From Amphiscolops sp. MND2022 (lineage: Eukaryota): 64,000 bases of DNA. How positions within the stretch are numbered: the stretch's first letter is position 1; each line of letters opens with the position of its first letter. Made by a program: the position numbers and the translations under genes. Below, in pieces: positions 1-13,185 of this stretch. The stretch lies in assembly GCA_964187785.1 (NCBI GenBank), contig OZ076412.1, positions 72,478,001 to 72,542,000 on the forward strand, read 5' to 3'. The notes beneath the pieces are model-generated. The model was given only the letters and a program-made list of their open reading frames with translations. It was not told where the DNA came from and did not search any database.

Positions 1-125
1 GGAAGAAAAAAACGACACGGATTTCAAAATTTCTTTCCGCCTCCTAAAGACAAATTAGAAAAAAGTCACATGGAAAAAACGCCGGTCTTAAACAAAATTC
101 GGGTATAGCGTGGTGAGAAAGCCTA

Positions 126-638
126 TTTTTAGTCGGCGCGTTTTCCTTTTAAGGAAAAATGCCCGACTATAGCAGTGACCTTTTTTTTTCTTCAGCCTCA
201 CACTGATCGGTCCACTTTTTAGAAACAATCCTGAAACCACCCAAGGCGCCCAGTCCGGCAAAGAGGCTAAGGCAAATTTAGTGCAAACCTTTTTCAAGGT
301 AACCTACAAAACCGGACGGGACTACAGAGTCCCCTTTCGATTTTTTCCGGCACTGTGCGACTTTTTTTTCGAAAATTTTTTTGTCTCCAAAGGGTCCCCC
401 CTTTCATTTTGTACTTTTTTAACGTAATCTACAAAACCGTCCGAGGCTGAAGGGTCCCCCCTTTTGATTTTTTTCTGCACTGTGCGACATTTTCCTTGAA
501 AATTTTTTTTTCGAAAATTTCAAGTTTTTTTCGAAAATTTCAAGTTTTTTTCGAAAATTTCAAGTTTTTTTCGAAAAAAATTTTTTGCGCTTTTTAAGCC
601 TTAGATATAGCGCCAACTTTAGACGTTCTCGTCTTGTT
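126..638 (+). mobile_element. Helentron/DINE-1-like non-autonomous element (HINE-like), copy 1
   Basis: 5' T-run plus subterminal repeat AGTCGGCGC (131-139); internal repeats of the CACTGTGCGAC/GGGTCCCCC type; 3' inverted subterminal repeat AGCGCCAACT (609-618), then hairpin AGACG-ttct-CGTCT (621-634) and TGTT. The same ends recur at 2270, 10693 and 54268. Confidence 0.6.
505..577. repeat. 20-bp tandem repeat (TCGAAAATTTCAAGTTTTTT) x~3.5
   Basis: Identical units start at 511, 531 and 551, with a partial unit at 571. Confidence 0.9.
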
Positions 639-1289
639 AAGACGAAAAATAATTTTGAAAAATCTCACAATGCCGCCGCAAATTAAAAAAGGGAAACCTT
701 TTGGGCCTTTTGAAAATCCAGTTTGTTGCAAAATAGCAGAAACATTGAAGGGGAACTTTAAGCTAATAAAGAGGTTGTGGACACGTTTCCAAAAAGTCGG
801 AAATGTTTGAAGTCAGCGCCTCGTCTCAAAAAGCGCTCGTTTTTCATATACGATCGGGGGAAGCTCCTATTTAAAAGTTCTAGAAAATCTCAGTGGAACT
901 CTTCCGAAAAGGGTCCTTCAGGCTCAAAAAAACGCCTTCTCATAACTTGAAACAATAAAAAAATGAAAAATGTTTTCTTTAGTATAAAACATTTCATACA
1001 GTGCCGTCTGTGTGGTTTTTCGAAAACGTTCTAGAAAAGTTCTTCAGCGCAAATTCTATCCCAAAACAGCTCTCCACGCTCAGAAGAACACGAAACAATG
1101 AAAAATACAAAATACTGGAGACAGTTTTTTTCAAAAATTGAGAATTGGACCCCCAATGCTAAAAATGCTTTTTCCCTACTGAAATCATCGAAAAGTTCAA
1201 AAATACCTTTTACCGAAATTGAAAATATTTCGGAAAAAGTCGCACCTTTCCGAAAAACTTTCGTCTACCTTTGAACATACAAAACTTCA

Positions 1290-1362
1290 GACTAGTATGG
1301 GATTCGAACCCACAAACTCCTGTTTTATGAGTCCCACGCGCTACCCACTATACTATTAACGG
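1290..1362 (-). pseudogene. tRNA-derived (Met-like) Pol III cassette embedded in a repeat
   Basis: Minus strand shows A-box TAGTATAGTGG, anticodon-loop-like CTCATAA and B-box GGTTCGAATCC. Acceptor and anticodon stems pair poorly, so it is not a functional tRNA. Confidence 0.55.
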
Positions 1363-2269
1363 TAACAACTGTGCAGACGAGAGTGTTTGAGAAGTAGACA
1401 GATCTGTGTAAGGCTCGAGATAAAAACTAGTCACTGTATTAGTATCTTTTTCAAAAAGTGTCCACTGGAAATCCATTCATTAAAATCATTTCTTTCGTAG
1501 TGAATCATGTCTAATTTTTCAGCAGATTAGAAAGCAATTGCATGTATTACATCGCAGATACGTTTCAGCAACCCTTTTCATCAAAAATAGGCCATGGAAG
1601 CACAAACAGAAGCTTCGTGCAACACCGTAGTTTTTCGTGAAAACTTTCGACCTAAAATGTAGAACGAAATTGTAAATTCCGAGTGTGGGAAGCGTCTCAG
1701 CTTCATTGAAATAGTTTCTTTTAAATTACCATAACCATGGAATGTAGGTGAAACTATTTTGAACTAGTTCAAAAATGATCATCATCGAATGTACCGTACC
1801 GTTCAATGTTCCAGCTATGATTGGCTTAGGTGCAGCTATTTTTAAAATTTGACTCGTAGCACTCAATGGTGATGTATTGAACTATTTCAATAAAGAATAT
1901 ATATTGCAGATACACAAGACCAATGAGCCCCGAAGATTTACCGGCTGATTTTTATTCATTCATCGCTTCCGCGAGATCGGTAAAGAGATTTGACGGTGGC
2001 CGAACTCAGCAGCAGACTTACAACAGCGAATCCACGGGGCAGAGGTACCCAGTGCAAACCAGGAGCGCCGACGTGCCAGGCAGTGAATTACTTGAACGCT
2101 TTGCTTTCTGTACATCAATCATCCAGAAATACGTGTCATAAAGACACAATATTCAGTTTTTGCAAAATCTTTCGCAAGTTTTCAAGATAATTTTTCTCAC
2201 TAAAATGCAAGTGAATTCGAAGAAAGAATCAAACATCAATTCATTTCAAAAAGATGAAACAATGGTAGT

Positions 2270-2749
2270 AACAAGCCGGGAACGACCAAAGTCGGCGCTA
2301 TATCTAAGGCTCAAACAGCGCAACGTTTTTAAAATTGTAAAAGGGGGACCCTTGGGAGACTGTAAAAAATTTCAGAAAAAAAACTTTTAAAAAAGTTTTT
2401 AAGTGTCACAGAGCCGAAAATGTAAAAGGGGGTCCTTTTGGGATTTTTTCACATCCATTGTGTTTTGGCAAAATATCGAAATAAACGAAGGGGAGAACCT
2501 TTGATGCAATCCAAAAAATTTTTAAAAAAATCGCATAGTGCCGGAAAAAAATCCGAGTGAAAAACACCAAAGGGGGATCCTTAGTATGTTTTCGAGGGTG
2601 TGGACGTCGATGTTTTTGTTTTGGACGAGGTTCTGGCGTTTCGAGTATGTTTTGGACGTCCGTAGTTCAAGTTGAACAAATGAACAAAGAAAGTGGACAT
2701 TACGCGTCTAAAAAAACTACCCATAGTCTCCAAAAGCGCCGACTAAAAA
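2270..2749 (-). mobile_element. Helentron/DINE-1-like element, copy 2
   Basis: AACAAGCCGGGAACGACCAAAGTCGGCGCTATATCTAAGGC at the left end; AGCGCCGACTAAAAA at 2735-2749; internal CATAGTGCCG/GGGGGACCCTT repeats. Confidence 0.6.
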
Positions 2750-4219
2750 TCAGTTAATTTCGAAATAGAGAAGGATTTCCAAAAACACGATCATAAATAA
2801 AGGTCACTAGATACGCGATACATGAATTACTCTTCTGATTGTAGAAAACAATTTACTGCCACCAGGTCAATCTTGGTTTAAATACGGGAAATGAGAACAC
2901 TCCACGTCAGTGTCAAACAAAGCGACATGGACAACCCCCAACTTAATTCTCCAGAAGTGTTCATGAACCAAACGTTTCCTGTCTCATTTGAATTAATTCA
3001 CTTTTCGCAAATTAAATATTCACTCCCATTCAGTTTTTGCAGTCGACATTAGAATTTATATTCACCGAGTATCTTCAAGCTCCAAGACAAAGCCCAGAAA
3101 CTCGAAACGCTACTTCTCAAAACTTCGAGACGGAGCGCAACTTTCTCACTGGAAAAATAACAGGAAAAGTTGATATTGCTTGAACAATGAAGTGAGAAAA
3201 CACAATAAACGTGAACACTACCAGTCGCCTAGCAGTACAGCCACAGGGAAAGCGTCTTGTTGGCATTCGAATTCGTGGTGTTTTCGTGTTGATTTAGATT
3301 ACAGAAAGAAATCTACACAACTTCCTGTTAGAACAGTTGATCCCGCCAATGTAAAAAACCTTCGATTTTTCCACCATATCAGAAAAATTCATTTTCGGCA
3401 ACTCAAACATGTTTACACAAGAAGTGCTTTGCTCAAACATGCGCAAGGCTCACGAGTTGCGAGGCCAACAATAGACCAAAGATTCGAAAAGTCAGAAACG
3501 CGAAATATTCCACAACTAAAACTACCACACAAAATCAAAAAAATATCAATGGATTACCATACGAGCTCTCTTCGAACTGTTGAGAAGTGGGGAGTCCAAT
3601 GACAATTGGAGGGGTGCGTCATTATACTCTGAGGGGAATCTAATTTGTGGACTATCGTAACGCGCCTAGTCTTATCAACCCCGTTCAAATGCCAAAACGG
3701 AAGAAATCCATCGTATTTTCGTATCTATCCATCTCCCGAAAAATCGAACAGTCGAAAGGTTTCGAAAACCCTTCCGCTAGACAAGAAGCCCGTAAATTGC
3801 GGTGATACGCAATGAGTCTCGAAACTCTTGTTCAATTGTTTGGAACAACTGGCATTGGAAAAATATTAGGCAATTTTTAACCTTTTGTAGGCAATTCCGA
3901 CAACCAAGAAGCCCAGAATCCAACAAATGGGAGCCTAAATGTAGCGACCGAGTCCCCGGAAACTTTGAAAACAATGCCATTGAAGATCAAAATATCAAGG
4001 TGTCACGTTTTTCGTCACACCAAAAAAGGTTCGACCAGAGTTCATACCGGCTTAGGTATCATTGCGACAGTCTGTCAGGTCAAAATACGCGAATACACAG
4101 TCGAACCATTGCATACATCATGGTTACATCAACGTATTACACGAAATGGAAAGATTGGTTGAAAATGGATTTTTCGGTAAGTTGTTTTCCGACTGATGAG
4201 GCAAGCTGAAAAAGACAGC

Positions 4220-4699
4220 CAGATCCGGGCAGTGAATTGATTCGTGTACTGGAAACAGTGGATCTTTTTCGTATATTTTCCTATAAAGCATAGGTATCGT
4301 GTACAACAAATCTTCGTGTACGGTACCGTGTATCGACTGTAAAAAAATCAAGTTTTTCAAATTCATTCATAAAACGCATTTTAACAATCTTTTCCAAATT
4401 CATAAATGAAAGTCTGTTTCATTCGTCATCACATCTCAAATTACGACAAGAGAACATCCTTTCCACTGATCCGGATTTCTGATCAGACCCTGTACCAGTC
4501 CCTTTTCTCGCCAGAATTTCAGGGTTTTATCACTCCTTTCCGTTATTTTCGTGTCCGAGCGAACGCCGAATAACTTGCTTCATTTTCTCGTGTAAATCGT
4601 GTATTTTGAGTAAATCGGTACTTCGTGTTACGGTACAAGAAAATTCGTGTATTCCGGTACGGTACATGTACCGACGTCAATTCATTCCAGCCGGGTCTG
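4220..4699. mobile_element. MITE-like element with imperfect TIRs and CGTGTA/CGGTAC subterminal repeats
   Basis: The left end CAGATCCGGGCAGTGAATTGA resembles the reverse complement of the right end TCAATTCATTCCAGCCGGGTCTG. No TSD was recognised. Confidence 0.4.
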
Positions 4700-5199
4700 A
4701 GTCGGTTCGTTCTATGTTACAAAATTTTTTACAAATTTACAAAACTCAATTTTCTGAGAGAAATCTTCTATAAAAGCCTTTTATGATAGAACCATTTTGA
4801 AGCAAGAAAAATTAAGAATTTTTACTATTCACGCTCCCCTTGAAGTACTCAAAAAATAACCACGACTAGACCCTCCATTTTGCAAAATGTATGCGACGAG
4901 CACTCAGAACTATATTTGTCCTAAAAAGTTCCATGTTAATCTAACTTACCCACCAATCATCCGTTAGTCAACGGCATTGACATGTCACTGTACAAAAACT
5001 GTCCGACATTGACCCAAATCGAGACCGATGTTACATTTCTCCCAGTAGATTCCAAACACAGGGGAATCAGAGCTTTTCTAGACACAGAGGCGAAGCCGTG
5101 CTTCGCAAACACTTGCGAAGAAAGTTGTGAACTTTTCAAAAGAAAACCAAATAAGCAGTATCATACGGACAACCAAGGGTAAAAGGACAATAATGTTAA

Positions 5200-6200
5200 A
5201 ATTTCATGAATTTTACAGCCCCAAAAAAACCCGAAGGGATACGCATAAGTCTCGAAAACCATTCGCCCCCAACTGGAAACAGCAAAACCCATCTTTCTCA
5301 ACGGAAAACCTTTAAAGAAAACAGAAAATTGAGAAAAAAAATTCGAAAATTTTCCGAAAAAAGTTTTTGATGAAGGTCTCCGGTAAGTCGCATAGTGCCG
5401 AAAACGTCGAGTCCTTTACGCTCGCAAAACGTTTCGTTTCTTATAAAAATTGAAGGGGGGCTTCGATGAAAACGAATTAAAAAAAGTCGCATAGAAAAAA
5501 CACCGAGCTTTTAAAAAAACGAAAATCGGATATAGCGTGCTGGGCCTGAGAAAACCTAATTTTAAGACAAAAATTATTCCTTTTGAAAAATCTCACAATG
5601 CCGAAAACTGTAGAAGGGAGGTCCTTTGATATTTTCAACATCCATTCTGTTGCAAAATTTCAAAAAAACTGAAGAGAGACCGTCTGGAGTCTTTCGAAAA
5701 ATTTTCGAAACAAAAAATTCAACAGTCTCATAGTGCCGAAAAATCTGAAAAAAGGGACTCTCTGGGATTTTCTAACATTCATACTGTTGCAAAATATCAA
5801 CAAATTGAAGGAAGGACACTTTGGGGACCTTGAAAAATTTTCGAAAAAAGTCTCACAAAGCCGAAAAAAAGGGGGGGAGTCTCATAGTGCCGAAAAAAGT
5901 GAGAACCTCTGCTTCGGAATACTTGTAAAAAAATTAGCGCATACACACGAGTTCAAACACGATACCTCTGGGTTGAAAAGCTAGCATCTTACCACAAGAC
6001 AACGAACGCGTGAACTTACCGCGTGAAACGAATTGTCGCCCGGAAAAAGCGCCCGAACTTTCCTAAAACATTTCGTATCGCAAGTGTAATGAATAACTTC
6101 AGTTCGAAAACTTACAAAATAATTTTGTAATGCATCAGTGCCTCGGGCCAATTTTTTCCCAAAAAACGGTGATTTCTCGTTTATACATCCAGTATATTAA
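5200..6200. repeat. Dispersed repeat related to the HINE-like family, with a degenerate tRNA-like segment at ~5941-6012 (minus)
   Basis: Repeated AGTCTCATAGTGCCGAAAA and GGGACTCT/GGGGACC blocks shared with copies 1-2; minus-strand B-box-like GTGTTTGAACTC. Boundaries are approximate. Confidence 0.5.
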
Positions 6201-6308
6201 TTCTGTCGTAGTTACTTCTACATAGTGAACGTCATCATTTGAGCATAGAATGGGCTATATGAAAGCATTTTTAGTCAGACGCTGATCACTCTAATTGGCT
6301 GTTAATAC

Positions 6309-7627
6309 CAGGGATGGACGATATCTATCCAAGATATATATCATTGATATATATCACGATATCTATCCGATATTTATTTATTAAATATCATGATATATAT
6401 CAGAATTAACCGTTACAGAATATTTTCAGGTAGAAATGGGACGAAAACAGGCTGATGTTTGGGAAAAATTTGAATGAACTCAAAAACAAGGCAACAGTGG
6501 GACTTGGGATGTTTGCGAAACTTGCAGAGCAGGAATGCAGGGTATTCCCGAAAGAATGTCAAAGCACATTGACGCATGCGAAAGTGAATGTCCTCCAAAG
6601 GTGACCACCTAATCGCAAGTATCTTTCAAATGAGTTATTAAACGAAGTTCATGCCAAATGCCAAGAAAAAGCTTAAAAAATTGCTAGAAAAGGAGCAGGT
6701 GACTATGAGTTGAGATGGATGGTCTAACACACATAACGAACCTATCGTGTGTGTTGCTGCAACAACATCAAATGGAGACATTTCCCATCGATTTTATTAA
6801 AACCGCGGATGAGCCGCATACCGCCGAAAACTTGCAAAAAATAGCCGAAAATGCAATCAATAAGGGTGTGAGGGACTTTGGGTTTAAAGTTGTGGGCTTT
6901 GTGACCGACAACCCGGAAATGTTGCTATATTGCGAAGAAATTTGAGTATGGAAGAAAATTACAAAGACGTGCACATGTTTGGATGTGGAGCACATGTATT
7001 GAACCTTCTGGCCAAAGATTTCAAAAATTGTCAGTGGACAAGCAAAAAATGCTTGCGGGTAGGAGAAAAATGAATTTAACTCCTGCGCATCTCCTAAGTT
7101 TTTATTTGGACCCAAAGTATTTTGATGAAAAAGTCTTAGATGTTGATGAACGAAATTCGGCACTTGAATTGGCCCGCGATGCCGATCCTCGCCTTCTGAC
7201 AGTGATTGCACAATACAGGGGCAAGGCAGCTCCTTTCTTGAAGCCATTCTATGATACTGCAAAAAGTGTTTCTGCGAAAGACTGGTGGAATATCGTGGAC
7301 ATTGACCAGGATTTGAAGATTATTCTAGGTTTTCTGACATGCAATCCATCGACAGCACCATTGGAGAGACTATTTTCAACTTACGGATGGATCCACGACG
7401 AACATCGAAATCGAATGGGCAACGAAAAGGCGTCCAAACTATTGTTTTGTTTTAAGACATTGAATAAAACGATTGATTGAATCATTACTGAAAAAAAAAT
7501 AATTCATTTTTGAAATGAAACACTCTTTTTCAAAAATATCATAAATATCAAAAATATCAAGCAAAAAAAAGGAAAATATCCGATATTTTTGATATTTATA
7601 TAAATATCGGATATTTTTCCATCCCTG
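6309..7627 (+). mobile_element. hAT DNA transposon, internally deleted (1319 bp)
   Basis: TIRs CAGGGATGG (6309-6317) and CCATCCCTG (7619-7627); perfect 8-bp TSD GTTAATAC (6301-6308 and 7628-7635); GATAT/ATATC subterminal repeats at both ends. Confidence 0.95.
6436..7480 (+). pseudogene. hAT transposase remnant
   Basis: BED-finger-like DVWEKF..CETC..RMSKHIDAC from ATG 6436; catalytic DGWSN at ~6717; VTDN; CxxH motif GCGAHVLNLLAKD; C-terminal dimerisation motif STAPLERLFSTYGWIHDEHRNRM. Contains stops and frameshifts, and the central region is missing. Confidence 0.9.
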
Positions 7628-7897
7628 GTTAATACCCTAATTTTTCAGGCTCGACAGTGAATGATGTTGGTTTTACTGTACCATGCATGGCTGAGATTTG
7701 AAGCAACATACCGTGTTTCTACTGTTAGTTAAAGACATTTCGCTCAATGCACCAAATTACGTCATATATGCAATGTGTGAACGCCAACGGGAGCAGGGAA
7801 CTTTTGCCGTTAAAAATGTCAATAAACATGTTGTTAGAATAACAACAATTGTCGGCATATCCACCCGATTAATGAGGAAAAATGAATAAAACGAATT

Positions 7898-8230
7898 TTA
7901 TTGCGAGAAACTTTTCAGCTCATTAAGAAAACCAATAAACAAGGAGTGTTCATAGTTCATAGCCCAGTCATGTAAATTATTGAAAAACTCTTCAGTGAGA
8001 CCTAATTCTTGTAAGTAATTGAAGAAAGCATCCTGCAAAGATTCACTCAACACTGCAAACTCAACTTCGTATGTCTCGTAATCGTCAGAGCCAATCTTGT
8101 TGTCGCTCTTGGACTCGAAGGCCAAAGTGCTGATTATCGGTCCTTCACTGTCAATGTCAGCCTCCACATACAACACTTTGTTGGATCGGGAGATCTCGAT
8201 GGAGATTGAGTTTGGCACCAGCGATTCCAT
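7898..8230 (-). CDS. C1QBP: C1QBP/MAM33 mitochondrial matrix glycoprotein family, exon 3 (last)
   Basis: Acidic MAM33-type C-terminus (LSESLQDAFFNYLQELGLTEEFFNNLHDWAMNYEHSLFIGFLNELKSF); acceptor TTTGTTTTAG immediately upstream; phase 0. Confidence 0.85.
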   Translation of the reverse strand: MESLVPNSISIEISRSNKVLYVEADIDSEGPIISTLAFESKSDNKIGSDDYETYEVEFAVLSESLQDAFFNYLQELGLTEEFFNNLHDWAMNYEHSLFIGFLNELKSFSQ

Positions 8231-10692
8231 CTAAAACAAACTCACAGTGACTATGGATCTAAAAGTTAAGATCAAATATTGAATGCAGCAGATTCTGTTA
8301 CTTCCGAACTTTTCGCAAAACTTCAATCAGAAGAAAAGCAATGACTAAAGCGCAATACGCCGATGAACAAACTTTGTAGAATCCCATCGGCCACCCATCA
8401 AAACTACATCGAATGGCCTTCCACATCGAAAAATTGGCCCATTAAATCCAAATTTCAATCATAAAAACACATCTGAAAAGGCTATGAAGTACTGTGATTA
8501 AGAAATCATCCCTTATGCTTTGAGCGTAGTCATCAACCAATTATCAAACCGGGAACGGGCCAAGTCGGTCCTCCGTTCAAGGTTCAAACAGAGTAAACAG
8601 TGCCAAACATTAGATCGACAGCGCCAAATAACCCAGAAGACTCTCGAAAACCGCTTTTTCTTCAATTCTAAACTTAAAAAAAAAACAATTTTGAAAACAT
8701 TTTTGGAGTTTTCGAATTCAGGCGAAGCTCTCGGCGTACCAATAATTACCACTCGTTCGCTTTATCTCAATATAAACTCTGTCTCGCTGCTACGAGAAGT
8801 GAATAAAATAGCTAAAGAGTTGGAGCAGCGCTGCCTCGCGGCTACCAGAAATGGCGACGAAAACAGTTCGATAGAAGTCTGGAAAACAAGTGCGGACGTT
8901 TTTGTAACATTACAGCTCAAGTAGAAATAGAACTTTGAAACTTGACAATGACGCATTTTCTGTCAATGGGAATCCACCAAATTTCACTCAATGTGGAATT
9001 CTAGAGCGGCGCTATGTTTAAGATACGACTATTTTTATTGATCGATTCACTTAATGTGTGAAGTTTCTTCACTTAAAGTGACACTGGTGAAATTCAAAGT
9101 CATTTCCGCCGTACGGCAAGGGTGGTTAAAACTAGTGTTATGGTTCATCAGGCTTCGCTGCGTCCTGCATTGTTTATTCAGGTTTCAGGATAAACCCACA
9201 ACAAGTATTGTGACCGAGCGTCTACTCTCCTCCTGAAAAGGTCACAGGATTTTGCAGTGATGAATTTTTAACATTTTTCTTTTTCCTGTTTTCATTTGAA
9301 AATTGAAGTCATTTGAAAATCATTCAAATATTTCAATTCAAAAATCAATCGGTATCTTGTTGCAATTCATTGCAACGCCATTTTTAGTAGGCACTTTTCA
9401 AAAAAATGCCGATTATTAATTACAGTGGTGAGTTGTTCTTTCTCCAGGCCTCAGAATGAATTTGAAAGCTCCACTTTTTGCCAGACTTTGTTCACGCCGC
9501 TTGGCCTAGAGGTTAGCGTATGTGGTATATTTCAATTGGGAAGCAAGAGTTCGCGGCCTCGAATCCCGAGCTGGTCTTAACTTTTTGAGTGTTTGGAAAG
9601 ATAGACGAAACCAAAGTCTTACCCCTCCCAATTGTTTTCGGTAATGTTCGATTTTTCAAAAAAAAACTATTTTGGGTTTTCAGAGAGACGCATGTTTGAA
9701 GGGCCCCTGGTATAATTCCCGTTTTCGGAGACTTTCAAGAAGTTTTTAAAACCATACCTGAGCATATTCAAAAGACTTTTTTTAGTCTTAAGCGGCCGTC
9801 GACTTTCGACAGTCCGTCTAATTTATTCTTCTTTTGGATTAAGTCGATTCTTTGCTGTCGAATAAATAAGCCCACAGTTAGAAATATACATTTTAGTACA
9901 GCTAACTTGGAATCAGCACTTTCAACACAAGTCCTATTGGTCAACAAAGCCATTTCTAACAAGTATTTCTAACATTGATTCACAACACATTTCAAGACGC
10001 ATATTAAAAATGGTTTCATAGCTTCAGCAAGATAAGTTCAGTGGTTGAGCGGCAGCTGTTCTCACGGGAAAAATAGAATACGAAAGTCGCGAGATGACAG
10101 TTTTAAAACAGAAGTGTAGCGATGGCGAACAAGGATTCTTCAATAAACCAGAAATCGACATTCTAAGCTTCCGCGACAGCTAGAAATTAAAGAGGCCCAA
10201 GAGGATGCACTAAATATCCAGTTCCGAGAGCTGGAATAGCAGTAATGAAACGCAGCGGAATTCGATGTGCCAAGAAAACTTTACAGTGTAGAACGCTGAA
10301 AATTTGCAAAACGACATTCAAAATTCCCGAACCAATCAGATGAAAGATTAAATTTTCTAAATAGACATCCAAAATTCCAAATTCAATTTTAGTAATCCCT
10401 CAGCAGACCACTGCTCGCATACCGCTGGTAATTAAGATTGAAAGTTTGCGCCGCTATGCGAAGCAGCATTTTCATTCTTCCTACCTCTCTAGTAGCATGA
10501 TAGTAGCGTATGCTAATTTTGAATGTCTATTTTGTTAAAATTGATTGCCTAATTTTTGGAATTAGCCAATTGGAATCAAGATTGGTAAAACTGATATTGG
10601 AAAACAAAATTGAATGTAGTTTTGCCAATTTTCAACGTCCTAGACTGTATTAACATCACGCGCATCCAAAACAATTCACTCAGATGTAGTGT

Positions 10693-11238
10693 AACAAGAC
10701 GGGAACGTCTAAAGTCGGCGCTATATCTAAGGCTCAAAAAGCGCAAAAAACTTTTTTAAAAAAACTTGAAATTTTTGAATTTTTTTCAGAAAATGTCGCA
10801 TAGTGCCGAAAATGTAAAAGGGGGACCTTTTGGGCTTTATTAACATATGTTCTGTTGCAAAATATAAAAAAAACTCGAAAGGGGAACTCTTTTGAGACAT
10901 TAAAAAAAGTTTCGAAAAAAGTCGCACAATGCCAAAAAAATCGAAAGGGGGACCCTTTAGTCTCGTCCGGTTTTGTAGGTTACGTTAAAAAAGTAAAAAA
11001 TGAATGGTGGGACCTTTTTGCACTAATTTCCGCTGACCGGACTTGGCCTTATGGTAGTAGTTTTGGTAGTTTCGATTGTAAGAAAAGTGGCCTAATCAGA
11101 GTGAGATTATAGTCTGACGAAAAAAAAGAAAAAAACTAGCCACTGTAAGAGTCGGGCACTTTTCACTAGAAAAGCGCCGACTAAAAACTAGACACTGTAA
11201 TAGTCGGGCTCTTTTCACTAAAAAAGCGCCGACTAAAA
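10693..11238 (-). mobile_element. Helentron/DINE-1-like element, copy 3 (in C1QBP intron 2)
   Basis: Hairpin AGACG-ggaa-CGTCT (10697-10710), AGTCGGCGCT (10713-10722); far end AGCGCCGACTAAAAA duplicated in a ~52-bp tandem (11120-11238). Confidence 0.65.
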
Positions 11239-12718
11239 AGACCGATCAAAAGCAAACCAGTCGTTGAGGAAACTAAGATTAGACCAGCTAATGATTAAAA
11301 CATTGCGTGGCGTTGCTCATAGGTATTGGAACCGGTGCCTTCGGCACCTCCACGTCGTATGTTCCGTTCCACCCGTTATGCGGACGCCATATACGCTCCT
11401 CCGCTCGAGGATACTCAAGATGCGCAAGCGACATTTTCACACCATGTCATCACCAGGGGGGAGGGCAAAAGTTACTAGGTTACATACGGTTACAATTAGG
11501 TCACAATTCACTCGTTAGATTACATAAAATTACAATCGTAGAGTTTGCTTTTTGTGGTTTCCTGAGCGGGAAAATTCTCATTTCAGCTGTAAAGTCTGAC
11601 AATTTTTCTGATCTTTGATCTGCGATGTCCTAAAAAACAGGCAAATTTTGACAAAATGTCTAAACGTGGAGTCTCTTGCCCATATTGCGAAAATTCAATG
11701 TGAACAGTGAACGCTTTGTCGATTGATCCTTCAAAAACTTGATACTAAGCCAATCTTGGTCCTGATGCGGTAAATAAGACATTCAAGAAAAATGGAAAGA
11801 TATCGATAACGCTAAGCTAATGTTCGAATGCTGACTTTGCCAAAGAAGGTGACGTTTTCCGCGTCGTTTCTGTTCTCTTGCAACTGAAGAATCAATGATA
11901 TTCATGTGATAACATTCAGTAGTCTTTCCATAGAGTACATATAAGTAACTCCAAGCTCCGGGATCGTGGCAACAGCGAGTTAACAATCATGCTATTTTTA
12001 TTCGGCTTTTTTGCAAAAAAAGACTCGTACCAGTTTTTTTTATCCAGCTCACCTAGAAACGCCCAATTCTATAAATAAGATGGAATTCAGGAGTTCCCGG
12101 GTTCGAAACTCGCGCTGGCCTACAAATTTTTCAAGTTTATTTTGATAGACACGATCAAAGGGTCCTCTTTGGTGGATTTTTTCGGCACTGTGCAACTTAT
12201 TCCATTTTAAATTCCATCAAAGCGTCCCCATTAGATTTTTACAATGTTTTCACTTACGGAATTGCGTTTCTAGAACGTAAAGGGTTCTCTTTGGTTTTTC
12301 GGCACTGTGCAATTTATTTGAAAAAAAAATGTTTTTGATAATTTCAGTTAAGAAAAAGCGTTTTTCGAGTCTCAAGGATGACCTCTTCGGTTATTCATGG
12401 TACTGTGAGACGAGAGTTTTCTCCATAATTGTCCTCGAGCATGCTTGAAAGATTTCCCTTTTTTGGGAGCCTTAATCTAGGGCCGTTCCCGACTGTCATC
12501 TTATTTCAAAATCTCGAGCAGTTTCAGCAAATCGTGGAGCATGATTAAATATGCTTCGTTTTGCTATCTATTGGGCATTAATGTTTCCTAGTACCTGAAT
12601 ATGCCTTTTCATTTCAATTGCAGCTTGTTTTAGAAACCCTTCAATATGCTGGACTTCCCCACAAACTACTCATTCAAAAATTGGAAACTAAATTGAACCA
12701 TTTGAATAGTAATCTCAC

Positions 12719-12850
12719 CGAGTTTTCAGCATAATCTTCGGCCTCGGTTTTTGATTGCTGATCCGCCATTCCATCGTCGCCGAACTCAGTATTCTCCTCG
12801 TAGTTGGATGGCGAATTCACTGAGAAGGATACCTTGACGCTAGCTCCATT
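12719..12850 (-). CDS. C1QBP: C1QBP/MAM33 family, exon 2
   Basis: 132 bp, phase 0/0, acceptor TGTTTGCAG and donor GTGAG. Encodes NGASVKVSFSVNSPSNYEENTEFGDDGMADQQSKTEAEDYAENS, joining exons 1 and 3 in frame. Confidence 0.8.
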
Positions 12851-13185
12851 CTGCAAACACATTATTTCATGTGAAACATTGAAACACTTTTTTCCTAAGA
12901 AAATGACTAATATTAGTTCTAGAAGTTATTTTTTTCGGACTATTTCTGTCTGAAACTACTAGACAGTTGAAAAACAGTTTGCCAGTTGTTTCAGTGGTTA
13001 AAGGCGATCAGGCAAAAAATTTCATTTCTCCAAATTGAACTAAGCCGATATCGTTTTTTGATATGGCGTTTAAAACAAAATTGCACTAATTCTCAATTGG
13101 TTATTTCCGAATTAAAATACGTTTCATTGGAATGAAGTTGAAGATTCGAATATAACCACATTTTCAAATTGAAGTTTAAAAAAAC

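Noticed and set aside
1290-1362. Functional tRNA-Met gene (also the tRNA-like segments at ~5941, ~9495 and ~12085)
   Set aside because: Stems do not pair properly and the segments are embedded in dispersed repeats.
8520-8924. 134-aa ORF nested antisense in C1QBP intron 2
   Set aside because: No recognisable domain, A/T-run-derived low-complexity sequence and a non-ATG start.
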